A stretch of 64,000 nucleotides of DNA from Elusimicrobiota bacterium. GTDB taxonomy: Bacteria; Elusimicrobiota; Elusimicrobia; UBA1565. A model generated the notes under the pieces. The model saw only the letters and a program-made list of their open reading frames with translations. It did not search any database and was not told the DNA's origin. Where the stretch lies: contig JBDREN010000120.1 of NCBI GenBank assembly GCA_043819795.1, forward strand, positions 1 to 64,000, given 5' to 3'. A program made the position numbers and the translations under genes. Positions 1 through 9,429 of this stretch are shown here, piece by piece; position 1 is the stretch's first letter, and every line of letters begins with the position of its first letter.

Positions 1-58
1 CCAAGATCACCAGCACGTTGTTGTTGGAATGCAGGTCGATTCCTGCGTATAATTTCAT
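1..58 (-). mobile_element. IS110-family transposase, 5' end (runs off the window)
   Basis: Manual minus-strand translation from ATG at 58 gives MKLYAGIDLHSNNNVLVIL, matching the N-terminal GID(L/V) motif of IS110 DEDD recombinases. An AGGAGG RBS lies upstream. Confidence 0.8.
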
Positions 59-60
59 CT

Positions 61-140
61 GTCCCCTCCTCGGGTTGGAATGTTCGTCTCGCAACGAAAC
101 AATACAACCTGCGGGAGGGGACCTCTAGATGATTATCAGG
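61..140 (-). mobile_element. Left non-coding end of the IS110 element, with a long hairpin (61-122) covering the RBS
   Basis: gtcccctcc (61-69) pairs with ggaggggac (114-122), with inner stems ggttg/caacc and tgtt..cgt/acg..aaca. A GATAAT -10-like hexamer lies near 132-137 on the minus strand. The boundary is approximate. Confidence 0.55.
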
Positions 141-165
141 CATTGAGTTGTTTGAGTAACTCGTC

Positions 166-194
166 AAGGGCGGGGTCCTAGCGACCCCGCCCTT
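166..194. terminator. GC-rich hairpin, possible terminator for pcp
   Basis: aagggcggggtc-ctagc-gaccccgccctt, a perfect 12-bp stem downstream of pcp. Confidence 0.5.
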
Positions 195-246
195 TCATTT
201 GGCGGGGGTTCAATGCTGTTTGGCGGCGGCAGCGGTCCCGAACGGA

Positions 247-831
247 TCAGCCGGGCCGGCCCGTCACGGCCGACAGGATGATCTCCAGCGGGTTGGACGG
301 ATAGCGCGAACGCGGATCGGCGCCTTCTTCCGCGCGGGGCACATGGATGAAGCCGGCCATGGCCACGCGGCCGGTGGACGTCTGGCGCATGAGGCGGTAG
401 AAGACCTCGTTGCAGAGGTAGCCTCCGGCCGAGAGCGAATACTCCGCGGGGATGCCGACCGCCTTCATCGCGGCGTGGATGCGCCCCAGGGGCAAGGTGC
501 TGAAGTAGGCCGCGGGGCCGCCCGGAAAAACCGGCTCGTTGCGGACGGACTTGCCCGCGTTGTCGGGCCGCTCGGCGTCGCGCAGGTTGATGGCCACGCG
601 CTCGAGCCTGAAGAAAGTGTTGGAGCATTCCCCCAAAGCCAGGATCACGTCGGGCTTGAGCTCCTCGACCGCCGGCGCTCCCGCCTCCCAGGCCGCGCCG
701 TAGACGACCGGCAGGCGCACGGCCCGGACCTCGTGCCCGCCCCAGTCCGGCGGCAGCCCCCGGATGAGATCCCAGCTCGTATTGACCTTCCGGCCCCCGA
801 AGGGCTCGAATCCCGTCAACAGGATCCTCAT
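247..831 (-). CDS. pcp: Pyroglutamyl-peptidase I (C15)
   Basis: MRILLTGFEPFGG, LERVAIN, SLSAGGYLCN and GFIHVP motifs. The true start at 831 overlaps the upstream stop (ATGA). Confidence 0.93.
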   Translation of the reverse strand: MRILLTGFEPFGGRKVNTSWDLIRGLPPDWGGHEVRAVRLPVVYGAAWEAGAPAVEELKPDVILALGECSNTFFRLERVAINLRDAERPDNAGKSVRNEPVFPGGPAAYFSTLPLGRIHAAMKAVGIPAEYSLSAGGYLCNEVFYRLMRQTSTGRVAMAGFIHVPRAEEGADPRSRYPSNPLEIILSAVTGRPG

Positions 832-1505
832 CTCCGCCACCCGCGCCGCTCCTCGGCCCTGGCCGCCCAGAGGAGGGTGTAGTACAGCCCGACAAGCGAG
901 AGCCCGATCCAGAGCACTCCCCAGACCACGGCCGGGATGAAGGTCATCACGGCCAGCATGCGCGCGTCCGACCAGCAGGAGCCCGCGACCACGTCGCTGT
1001 ACACGTCCAGGATCGCGTAGCCGCAGGAGCTCACGCCCACGACCTTGAGCAGGAAGTCGTTGGCGGGGTCGCTCAGCCAGCGAGCCGCGGCCAGCAGCGC
1101 CGCGGCCGTCGCCAGCCCGAAGAGGACGCCGGTGAGGTTTCGCACGTAGAAAATCGTCACGTAGACCAGTATCAGCCCCAAGGCCCCCGTGATGAGGCGG
1201 TCGCGCTTCGTATAGGCCGAGCCCAGGATGAGCGCCGAGCCCCACAGGAAGCTCCCCAGGTACCCCGCGCTGACGATCACGAAGCGGATCCCGCCCCGCG
1301 TCCAGGCCATTCCAGACTGGTTCATCTCCACGGAGAGACGGTCGATCTCCCCGCCGGTGAGGACAGCGGCGAAGCCGTGGCTGATCTCGTGGAAGAACAC
1401 GACCAGGATCTTCAAGGGCAGCATCACGGGCGTGTTCCAGAGCACCGTGACCAGGACGAACACGCCCAGAAGCGCCAAGACCGTCTTGTTGGGTCTATAC
1501 ATCAC
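828..1505 (-). CDS. M50B-like membrane metallopeptidase
   Basis: VFFHEISHG HExxH, AGYLGS and SDA motifs; multiple TM segments. Confidence 0.88.
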   Translation of the reverse strand: MMYRPNKTVLALLGVFVLVTVLWNTPVMLPLKILVVFFHEISHGFAAVLTGGEIDRLSVEMNQSGMAWTRGGIRFVIVSAGYLGSFLWGSALILGSAYTKRDRLITGALGLILVYVTIFYVRNLTGVLFGLATAAALLAAARWLSDPANDFLLKVVGVSSCGYAILDVYSDVVAGSCWSDARMLAVMTFIPAVVWGVLWIGLSLVGLYYTLLWAARAEERRGWRR

Positions 1506-1981
1506 GCCCCTGACCGCCCGAACTTCAATCTGTTCCTGAGCAGATCGAGCGTCGTCTCGGTCACCGGCAGGCCGGAGAGCTCCTCGGGCGAGACCCAGCG
1601 GGCGTCCATGGCGTCGTCTTGGGGCGAGAGCTCCCCGCCGGCGAACTCGGCCATGAGGTCGATGACGACATAGTGGTATCGGACCCGGCCCCCGGGCTCG
1701 GTCTCGATCAGCTCGAAGGTATGGACCGGCTCACCCGCGCGGGCGCGGACTCCGGTCTCCTCCAGGAGCTCGCGCTCGGCCGCCTCGGCCAGGGATTCCC
1801 CGAGGCGAACGCCGCCGCCCGGGATGGCCCACAAGCCCGTCTTGGGCGGGTGACGCCGCTTGACGAGGAGGACCCTGCCGTCCTTGATGACAACGGCGCC
1901 CGCCGCCACCCGCGGGCCCTCAGGATACGGCGCGGGTGCCACGGCTCGCGGATCCCCCTCCGACTCTCCGCTCGGATGCAT
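1502..1981 (-). CDS. NUDIX hydrolase
   Basis: Nudix box GGGVRLGESLAEAAERELLEETG. Confidence 0.9.
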   Translation of the reverse strand: MHPSGESEGDPRAVAPAPYPEGPRVAAGAVVIKDGRVLLVKRRHPPKTGLWAIPGGGVRLGESLAEAAERELLEETGVRARAGEPVHTFELIETEPGGRVRYHYVVIDLMAEFAGGELSPQDDAMDARWVSPEELSGLPVTETTLDLLRNRLKFGRSGA

Positions 1982-2062
1982 CCGTCAAGCATACCCGAAT
2001 CGCACGCTCTCCCGCCAGAGGCTCTGATGTGGGGCGGCCGCTAATGATGATAGAATGCCGGG

Positions 2063-2317
2063 GTGAAGAACGACCCCTCATTGGCCCGACTTATGGGAAG
2101 CGGCCTGGCGCATGTCCAGCACGCCGTGGACAGCGCATTCTTCTGGGGCTTCCGCAAGCTGCGCTCCGCGGGGCGCGGCAAGGAATCCCGCAAGGCCGCC
2201 AAGCGGCATCCCGCCCTGAGCAAGGCCAAGAAGGCCGGCAAGGGCGTGCTGGCCTTCATCGGCGAGCTCGGGGACTCGTACTACGAGAAGTACGGAAGAC
2301 TCAAGAGCCGTAAGTAG
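2063..2317 (+). CDS. Small hypothetical protein
   Basis: GTG start 6 nt after TGA-TAGAAT (extended -10); GC3-rich codons. Confidence 0.6.
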   Translation: MKNDPSLARLMGSGLAHVQHAVDSAFFWGFRKLRSAGRGKESRKAAKRHPALSKAKKAGKGVLAFIGELGDSYYEKYGRLKSRK

Positions 2318-2343
2318 CCCCCCGCGGAGGAGGAGGCCCGAAC

Positions 2344-2601
2344 ATGCTGCAGAAAGCCGCTCTTGTGGCCGCGGTGATATTGCCGCTGTGGAACATACCG
2401 CTCATCGCCAGGGTCGTGCGCAGGAAGTCCTCTAACGACATCAGCCTGCTCTGGACGCTCGGCGTATGGACATGCCTGCTCGTCATGGCGCCGGCGGGGT
2501 TCCGCTCCTCCGACATAGTCTGGAGGACGTTCAACATCGGCAACCTGGTCCTCTTCACGGGGGTGGTCGCGGCGGTGCTGGCCTACCGCAAGAAGCGCTG
2601 A
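2344..2601 (+). CDS. PQ-loop / SemiSWEET-like 3-TM membrane protein
   Basis: IPLIARVVRRKSSNDIS PQ-loop-like motif, three hydrophobic segments, GGAGG RBS. Confidence 0.75.
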   Translation: MLQKAALVAAVILPLWNIPLIARVVRRKSSNDISLLWTLGVWTCLLVMAPAGFRSSDIVWRTFNIGNLVLFTGVVAAVLAYRKKR

Positions 2602-2722
2602 ACCGCGTCGGGGCCCTCGCCCCGCCCCCCGTCCCCGCCCTCCGCTGACATCCGCTGACAACCGCCCTCTGGGAGCGCGCCGCCCCCGGGGCTATCCTAT
2701 GGGCAAGGAGGAGGTGACCCGA

Positions 2723-3193
2723 ATGGAAACCTTCAACATTGGACAGTTGACGAAGGAGATGGTCGCCAAGCGGCTGAGCGAGCTGGAGGACCCCTGCGCC
2801 GTGGCGGCAGAGCTCATGGAGGACGCTCTGTTTTCGGCCCTGCGCGGCGCCCGGGAGTTCGGCCCGGCACAGAAGGCCATGGTCTCCGAGGTATGCCACG
2901 GCGCACTCACCGGCATACTCCTGCGTTACCATAGCGTTCCCCGGGGCGCGATCCAGGTCCTTCGCGGCGCCTGCTCCGTGGCCCACAGGCTGAGCCTGGA
3001 CCCCACCGAGATCATGACCCGGGCCATCCGGGGCATGGCCCGGATACGTGCCGTCGCCACCAAGGAGCAGCTCTCCGAGACCGCCTACGCGCTGGAGGCG
3101 CAGTACATGGGAGCGGGAGAGCTCTTCAGCGACGAATGCCGGAAGGACGCCACTATGCCGATCTTGCGGAAGGCCGAGACGCCTCGGACCTGA
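2723..3193 (+). CDS. Hypothetical helical protein
   Basis: Strong RBS aggaggaggtg before ATG 2723; host-like codon usage. Confidence 0.7.
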   Translation: METFNIGQLTKEMVAKRLSELEDPCAVAAELMEDALFSALRGAREFGPAQKAMVSEVCHGALTGILLRYHSVPRGAIQVLRGACSVAHRLSLDPTEIMTRAIRGMARIRAVATKEQLSETAYALEAQYMGAGELFSDECRKDATMPILRKAETPRT

Positions 3194-3216
3194 GGGGACA
3201 GGCGCCCCCTTCCTCA

Positions 3217-3372
3217 GTCGCACCCTTCGCTGCGCTCAGGGCTGATGCCTCGCTCCGAAAGGAAGACCGCTCCGCTCGGTGCTCGCCCTGGGGGCTTCCG
3301 CCCCCTCGGGCCCGCAAGAACCCTGCGGGCCCTTGCGGGTCACCCCCACTAAGGATGGCGGACCATGCCGCC
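3217..3372 (+). repeat. Structured dispersed repeat, copy 1
   Basis: Closely similar to the reverse complements of 48841-49007 and 51201-51364; several hairpins. Confidence 0.85.
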
Positions 3373-3407
3373 AGCCTATACACAGGCCGCAGTCTGTCCT
3401 TTTCCGC

Positions 3408-3436
3408 TTGACGCCCCCCATACCGCGACGTACTAT
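3408..3436 (+). promoter_or_regulatory. Sigma70-type promoter
   Basis: TTGACG-N17-TACTAT upstream of the response regulator. Confidence 0.65.
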
Positions 3437-3460
3437 TACTGTGGGAGAAACGACAACCGC

Positions 3461-4141
3461 ATGGCGCGCATCTTGAGCGTAGAGGACGACGGGGAGTTCC
3501 AACAGGTCCTCGGCTTCTTTCTTCGCAGGGAAGGCTACGACGTCCACTACGCCTTTACCGGCCAGGAGGGCTACGAGAAGGCTCTCTCCCTGCGGCCAGA
3601 CCTCATCCTGTTGGACATGATGCTCCCGGTCATGAACGGCCCGGAGATCATCCGCCGCCTCAAAGCCCAGCCCGAGACGCGGGACATCCCCATCATCGTG
3701 ATGACCGCCTACTACAAGAACATCGAGTTCCTGGAGAAGAAGGTCAAGCCCATGGGCGTACTGGAGTATCTCCGCAAGCCCGTCGAGATGAAGGAGCTGC
3801 GCTCTCTCGTGCGCAAGGCCCTGGCCTCCCGCCCGCATACGCCCCCCGCTCCCGAGGCCGAGCCCCTGCGCCGCGGCGACATAAGGCTGGAGCCGGCCAC
3901 CCGCACGGTCTGGATCGAGGACAAGCTCGTGGCGACCCTTCCGCCGAAGCGCTTCGCCGTGCTTGCCGAGCTCGCCCGGCAAGACGGCCCCGTCGGCCGC
4001 GAGCACCTGCTCACGCGCGTCTGGAAGGACGATGGGAACGAGAACACGCTCGAGAAGACGATCGAGCGCCTGCGACGGGATCTGGGACCCGAAGGAGCCC
4101 GACGCATCCGCACCACCGAAGACGGCTACGAGCTCGCCTAA
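3461..4141 (+). CDS. OmpR/PhoB-family response regulator (no kinase in the window)
   Basis: Receiver domain (ILSVEDD, PDLILLDMMLP, YLRKP) plus a C-terminal winged helix (IERLRRDL, IRTTEDGYEL). Confidence 0.9.
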   Translation: MARILSVEDDGEFQQVLGFFLRREGYDVHYAFTGQEGYEKALSLRPDLILLDMMLPVMNGPEIIRRLKAQPETRDIPIIVMTAYYKNIEFLEKKVKPMGVLEYLRKPVEMKELRSLVRKALASRPHTPPAPEAEPLRRGDIRLEPATRTVWIEDKLVATLPPKRFAVLAELARQDGPVGREHLLTRVWKDDGNENTLEKTIERLRRDLGPEGARRIRTTEDGYELA

Positions 4142-4154
4142 GAGTCCCTCGGGA

Positions 4155-5381
4155 TCAAGAGCAGGCTTCCGCGAACGCGTCAACGTGGCGGCGGGCGAGG
4201 GATTCGTCCGACGGGAGTCCCGTCACGTTCAGCCGGCACCGGCCGCCCGGGAAAACGGGGTAGAGGTGCTTCTGGTAGAGCCGCGCGGGCGCCTCGGCCG
4301 ACGACTCCAGGTTCCGGAAGAGCCCCGCGAACCGATCGGTGAAATGCGGCGCGAGCGGGGTGCCGGCCGCCAGCCTCCTCCATGAGGCCTCCGCCTCGGC
4401 CACGCGCCGGAGGGCCGCCTCGTGCTCTTTCTCCAAAGAGGCCCGGGATTCCGCCATGGCTTTCACGAACGCCCGCGTAAGCGGATGCTCGAACGCCGAG
4501 CCCCTGGACCGGATGAGCGCCGTCAGGAGCACGCCCGCCTGCCCGCGCTTCTCGGGGTCGGGCTCGTGCACTAGGAGGACGCCGCAGGGACGGAGCGCGA
4601 ACGTGACGAAAGCTTTCGTGGGGCTCAAAGCCAGGGCGAAAGGAGCCTTCTTCCGGAAAAAGGGCTCGAGCTGAAGCTCGTACGACCTTCTCATGGCTCC
4701 ATCATAGCCCACTACGTCCATGTTCCGGGCGTATTCAAAGCCGGAGTAGGCCCGGTCCAGCACGACAAGCCGTCCGGAGGAGGCGGCTTGCTCCGCGCGC
4801 GCCTCGACACCCGGCCGCCGCGGTATTTCCCCGGTCGAGTTCATGGGTCCGGCCTGGTAAATGGGAAGAACGTCTCTTTCCTCGACGACTCCCTGGGACG
4901 GGAACTCCTTCACCCCCAGACGGGCCGCCTTGGCGATAGCCGTGTACGCGGGCCACCCCAATCTTTCGATAGCCAACGTCCCGAGCGACGGGTCGGCCAT
5001 GGCCGCGAACTGGACGGCGGAGCAGACCGCACCCGTGCCCGCGTCGGAGGGGATCGCGACGATCAGGTCTTCCCAGTGGGCTTCGGGGATACGCTGCCAC
5101 CGGAGGACCTCCTCCTTGAAGGCGGGAAGGATCTTCGCCGAGTTCATATAGCTGCCCCGCGCGGAAGCCTCGATCTCCTTCTTCGCGTACGCCGTGAGCG
5201 TCGCGGAACTCTCGACCGGCCGGCCGTCCCCTCCCAGGATGATGCCGATCCCGTAATTGTGGCCTTCGGGGTCCTTTTGGCAGAGGATATTGGCGATCTG
5301 GTTCGCGTCCCGGCCGGCCTCCTTGAGCCGCTGGGCCTCTTTCAAGACGTCTTGTCCGAAATACGCCGCCGTTTGAGCCAT
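4155..5381 (-). CDS. PLP-dependent aminotransferase class I/II
   Basis: AGTGA, DRAYSGF, SPTKAF (PLP lysine) and C-terminal RLNV motifs. Confidence 0.75.
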   Translation of the reverse strand: MAQTAAYFGQDVLKEAQRLKEAGRDANQIANILCQKDPEGHNYGIGIILGGDGRPVESSATLTAYAKKEIEASARGSYMNSAKILPAFKEEVLRWQRIPEAHWEDLIVAIPSDAGTGAVCSAVQFAAMADPSLGTLAIERLGWPAYTAIAKAARLGVKEFPSQGVVEERDVLPIYQAGPMNSTGEIPRRPGVEARAEQAASSGRLVVLDRAYSGFEYARNMDVVGYDGAMRRSYELQLEPFFRKKAPFALALSPTKAFVTFALRPCGVLLVHEPDPEKRGQAGVLLTALIRSRGSAFEHPLTRAFVKAMAESRASLEKEHEAALRRVAEAEASWRRLAAGTPLAPHFTDRFAGLFRNLESSAEAPARLYQKHLYPVFPGGRCRLNVTGLPSDESLARRHVDAFAEACS

Positions 5382-5422
5382 GGTATTTCCCTAAATCCCT
5401 GATTTCAGACCGCCGCTCCTTT

Positions 5423-6271
5423 CTACCCTTCCCGCGACGCGGACTCCAGCTTCAGCAGCGCCATGAACCGGTCATAGATCTCGAAGGGCGTACGCCCCAG
5501 TATCCGGACCTCCAGGATGCCGTTGCTCAGCTTCGTCCGGAAATCGCTCAGACACTCCAGGCACCGCAGGCCGTCGGTGAAGCCCAGATAGACCCGGAAA
5601 TCCACCGGATTGCGCGGCCGAAGGGGCGGGACCTCCCCAAGATGCAGGACAGCCTCCCGGGCCGTCTCTTCGATAAGCCCGCGAGATTCGGCCAGCGGGA
5701 GCATCTCGCAGCACTCCCGGGAGATGCCCCTTTTGACGACCGCCACCCGGGTCTTGGGCAGGAGCCTGCGGATCTCGCCCTTGAGCTTGTCGTCGCCCGT
5801 GGCCAGGACAACGGGGACGCCCCAGCCGCCCGCGAGGAAGGCGTTGATCCCGGTCTCGCCGACGTCCACCCCGTTGAGCAGCGCCCTCCGGACTTCCCTG
5901 TCGTAGGTATGGGACAAAACGCCCCCGGGTACCAGCGCGCGGGAGTGGTAGCCGATGAAGAAGCAGGCGTCGAAGCTCTTGTCGAGCCCCTCCAGCATGT
6001 TGGAATTGGGCGGCCAGCCGGAGATCAGGCGTACGCCGGGCTCCAGCTTATCCAAAACGATGTTGTCGCTGCCGCCGTGGGCGTCGCGCACCATGATCTC
6101 GCTTCCCGGCGCGGCGGCGCGAGCGCCCCGGATGGCGGCGTTGACGTCCTCGACCATATAGCTCTTCCCGAGCTCCCAGGCGTGCGACTTGGCCGAGGTC
6201 AGATGCTTTCCGGAGACCCCGGAGATCCCCTCGATGTCGGCGCTGATGAAGATCCGTCTCTTCTTGGCCAT
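5423..6271 (-). CDS. dppA: D-aminopeptidase, M55 family
   Basis: IFISADIEG, DAHG, IGYHS, SHT and GETGIN motifs. Confidence 0.92.
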   Translation of the reverse strand: MAKKRRIFISADIEGISGVSGKHLTSAKSHAWELGKSYMVEDVNAAIRGARAAAPGSEIMVRDAHGGSDNIVLDKLEPGVRLISGWPPNSNMLEGLDKSFDACFFIGYHSRALVPGGVLSHTYDREVRRALLNGVDVGETGINAFLAGGWGVPVVLATGDDKLKGEIRRLLPKTRVAVVKRGISRECCEMLPLAESRGLIEETAREAVLHLGEVPPLRPRNPVDFRVYLGFTDGLRCLECLSDFRTKLSNGILEVRILGRTPFEIYDRFMALLKLESASREG

Positions 6272-6353
6272 CCGCCTCCTCCTTGCCCCGCGCTATCGTA
6301 CACCAAGCCGGACCGACGATACAAGAGCGCGCCCTTTGCTAGAATGTTGCCCC

Positions 6354-8633
6354 ATGAAGTTCGGCGAGTCGGTCCTCCGTTTCCGTTGGCCCATCCTCCT
6401 GGGCTGCGCGCTGGTCCTGGGCGTCTGCCTCCACGGCGCCGGCCGGCTGCGCGCGAGCGTGGACCCGCACGACTACTTCGCCGAGGACGACCCGAAGCTT
6501 CTCGAGGTCAAGAAGCTGGAGGACACCTACGCCAAGGACCTGAACGTCATTTTCGTGCTCGCGCCCCCCGGGGGGACGGTCTTCACCCGGGAGACCCTGG
6601 AGGCCGTACGCTGGCTTACCGATGAGGGCTGGAGACTCCCGCTGTCGAGCCGAGTGGACTCCCTGACCAACTATCAGCACACCGAGGTCGACGGCGACGA
6701 GCTCCTCGTGGAAGACCTGGCGGACGACCCCGAAGCGCTCGACGCGGAGGGCCTGTGCCGCGTCCGCGAGATCGCGCTCTCCGAGCCTTCCCTGATAGAC
6801 AGGATCGTATCCAAGTCCGGACACGTGACGGCGGTAAGCGTCAATATCGTCAAGCGGGAGGAGACCCTGGAGGAGGAAGTGCTGGTCACGGAGCACGTCC
6901 GCCGCCTGGCCGCCGAGTTCCGAAAGCGCTATCCCGAGCTCCCTCTGCGCCTGACCGGGACGCTTATCTGGAACGCGGCCTTCCGCGAGGCGGCGCAGGC
7001 CGACCTCGGCTTCCTCATCCCGCTGATGCTGGGCGTGATGGCCGCGGTCATCCTGCTCCTATTGCGCTCCTTGGCCGCCATGCTCGTGACGATGCTGGTG
7101 ATCGGCTCTTCCGCCTTGACGGCCATGGGCGTCGGAGGCCTCCTCGGGATCCCTCTTGGCGACGCCACCTCCGCGGTGCCTCCCATCGTGATGACCTTGG
7201 CCGTGGCCGACAGCATCCATATCCTCACGACCTTGTTCCAGAAGATGGCGGACGGGATGGACCGCCGCGCCGCCATCGTCGAGTCCCTCCGCATCAACCT
7301 GCCGCCCGTGACGCTCACCAGCGTCACCACCGCGGTCGGATTCCTTTCCTTAAACTTCTCGGACGCTCCGCCTTTCCACGACCTGGGCAACCTGGTCGCG
7401 GTGGGCATCCTGTCGGCTCTGGCATACTCCGTCCTCCTGATGCCCGCCCTGCTGTCCTTCATCCCGCTCCGTCCCCGGGCCAAACCCAAGCCGATGGCCG
7501 CCCTGGCCGACGCGGTCGGGTCTTTCGTGCTCCGGCGGCGGACGCTCGTGCTGTGGGCTATGGGCGCCTTCATCCTCCTGCTCTCCGCGGGGATGGCGCG
7601 CATCGAGTTCGACGACAACTTCATCGAGTACATGGACGAAAGCATCGAGTTCCGGCGGGACACGGACTTCACGGAGAAGAACCTCTCCGGGCTCGACCAG
7701 CTGGAGTACTCCCTGGAAAGCGGCGAGGAAGGCGGCATCAGCGAGCCCGCCTACCTCAAGAAGGTGGAGGAGTTCGCGGACTGGCTCCGCGGCCATCCCG
7801 AGGTCCGCTACGTCACCTCCATCAACGACGTCATGAAGAAGCTCAACAAGACCATGCACGGCGGCGCGCCCGAATGGTACCGCGTGCCGGAAAGCCGCGA
7901 GCTCGCGGCCCAGTACCTGCTTCTTTACGAGATGTCCCTGCCTTTCGGCCTGAGCCTCACCGACCAGGTCAACCTGGACAAATCCGCCTCCCGGCTCGTG
8001 GCCAACGTGGCGGACATGTCCTCCACGGAGCTCAGCCGCATTGAAAAAGACGCCAACCGCTGGCTGCGCGAGAACGCCCCCGCCCCGATGCGGGCCCGCG
8101 CCTCGGGCCTTTCGGTCCTCTTCGCCCACATCACGGAGAACAACATCCAAAGCATGCTCTTCGGGACCGGCGCGGCGCTGATCCTCATCTCCGTGCTGCT
8201 GGTCTTCGCCTTCCGGAGCCTCCGTATCGGGCTCGTGAGCCTGGTCCCCAACCTGGTCCCGGCGGCCATGACCTTCGGGCTCTGGGGGTTCACGGTCGGC
8301 CGGGTGGGCCTGGCGTCCTCCGTGGTCGCCGCCATGACGCTCGGCATCGTGGTGGACGACACCATCCACTTCTTGAGCAAATACCTGCGGGCCCTCCGGG
8401 AGATGAAGCTGTCGCGCGCGGACGCGATCCGCTTCTCGTTCCATACCGTCGGGACGGCCATGTTCTACACCTCCGTCATCCTGGTGAGCGGGTTCCTAAT
8501 CCTGGCTCTTTCGAGCTTCCTCGTGAACCGGGTCATGGGGCTGCTCTCCGCGATCGCCATCATCTTCGCGCTGCTGGCCGATTTCTTGTTTCTCCCGGCT
8601 TTGCTGCTGAAAACGCGGTACAAAACGAAATGA
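6354..8633 (+). CDS. MMPL/RND-family exporter
   Basis: Duplicated TM blocks with LAVADSIH and GIVVDDTIHF motifs. Confidence 0.9.
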   Translation: MKFGESVLRFRWPILLGCALVLGVCLHGAGRLRASVDPHDYFAEDDPKLLEVKKLEDTYAKDLNVIFVLAPPGGTVFTRETLEAVRWLTDEGWRLPLSSRVDSLTNYQHTEVDGDELLVEDLADDPEALDAEGLCRVREIALSEPSLIDRIVSKSGHVTAVSVNIVKREETLEEEVLVTEHVRRLAAEFRKRYPELPLRLTGTLIWNAAFREAAQADLGFLIPLMLGVMAAVILLLLRSLAAMLVTMLVIGSSALTAMGVGGLLGIPLGDATSAVPPIVMTLAVADSIHILTTLFQKMADGMDRRAAIVESLRINLPPVTLTSVTTAVGFLSLNFSDAPPFHDLGNLVAVGILSALAYSVLLMPALLSFIPLRPRAKPKPMAALADAVGSFVLRRRTLVLWAMGAFILLLSAGMARIEFDDNFIEYMDESIEFRRDTDFTEKNLSGLDQLEYSLESGEEGGISEPAYLKKVEEFADWLRGHPEVRYVTSINDVMKKLNKTMHGGAPEWYRVPESRELAAQYLLLYEMSLPFGLSLTDQVNLDKSASRLVANVADMSSTELSRIEKDANRWLRENAPAPMRARASGLSVLFAHITENNIQSMLFGTGAALILISVLLVFAFRSLRIGLVSLVPNLVPAAMTFGLWGFTVGRVGLASSVVAAMTLGIVVDDTIHFLSKYLRALREMKLSRADAIRFSFHTVGTAMFYTSVILVSGFLILALSSFLVNRVMGLLSAIAIIFALLADFLFLPALLLKTRYKTK

Positions 8634-9424
8634 ACGTCCTGCCATTGCTCCTGTCCATCGTGCTCCAGCAGCCGGCCTTCTGCGCCCAGACGCCCGAGGA
8701 GAAGGGGCTCGCCGTCTTCCGGGAAGCGGAGAAGCGCGACGACGGCTTCCGGAATGCCCGGGCCGAGATGACCATGACCCTCAGGAACCGTCGCGGGGAC
8801 GAGAGCGTACGAAGGATGCGCATGAGGACCCTGGAGGTCACGGACGACGGGGACAAGAGCCTCATCATATTCGACAACCCGAAAGACGTGAAGGGCACGG
8901 CCTTCCTCACCTTCACCCACAAGAAGGGAAACGACGACCAGTGGCTCTACCTTCCGGCGCTCAAACGGGTCAAGCGCATCAGCGCCTCCAACAGGTCCGG
9001 CTCCTTCATGGGCAGCGAGTTCTCCTACGAGGACCTGTCCTCCTGGGAGGTCGAGAAGTACGCATACACGTGGCTGCGCGAGGAGGCCTGCCCTTCCGAG
9101 GAGTTCGAGGAGCTGCGCTGCGATGTAGTGGAAAGCTACCCCGCCGACAAGAAGTCGGGCTACACCCGGATCGTCAGCTGGATCGACGCCGAGGAGTACC
9201 GCAACGTGCGCTCCGAGTTCTACGACCGCAAGAGCTCGCGCCTCAAGACCCTCACGCCCGGCGGCTACGAGAGATACCTCGACAAGTTCTGGCGCCCTCT
9301 CCGGATGGAGATGGTCAACCACCAGACCGGCAAGAGCACGGAGCTCCGGTGGCGGGACTACCGCTTCCGCACCGGGCTCAAGGACAGCGATTTCGACCGC
9401 AACGCGCTCAAGCGGGCCAAGTAG
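8630..9424 (+). CDS. Outer-membrane lipoprotein-sorting (LolA-like) protein
   Basis: PKDVKGTAFL, DDQWLYLPALKRVKRI and FMGSEFSYED motifs; signal peptide; overlaps the MMPL stop. Confidence 0.9.
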   Translation: MNVLPLLLSIVLQQPAFCAQTPEEKGLAVFREAEKRDDGFRNARAEMTMTLRNRRGDESVRRMRMRTLEVTDDGDKSLIIFDNPKDVKGTAFLTFTHKKGNDDQWLYLPALKRVKRISASNRSGSFMGSEFSYEDLSSWEVEKYAYTWLREEACPSEEFEELRCDVVESYPADKKSGYTRIVSWIDAEEYRNVRSEFYDRKSSRLKTLTPGGYERYLDKFWRPLRMEMVNHQTGKSTELRWRDYRFRTGLKDSDFDRNALKRAK

Positions 9425-9429
9425 CGCCT

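Noticed and set aside
140..230. Integron attC site
   Set aside because: GCCAAAC deviates from RYYYAAC, the R-L spacing is not canonical, and there is no integrase or cassette array; kept only as a generic palindrome.
3136..3476. Small ORFs over the dispersed repeat (also near 48800-49030 and 51063-51520)
   Set aside because: Their shared peptides (LVGVTRK, GPRG) come from the repeat itself or overlap rnpB, and starts and stops are inconsistent between copies.
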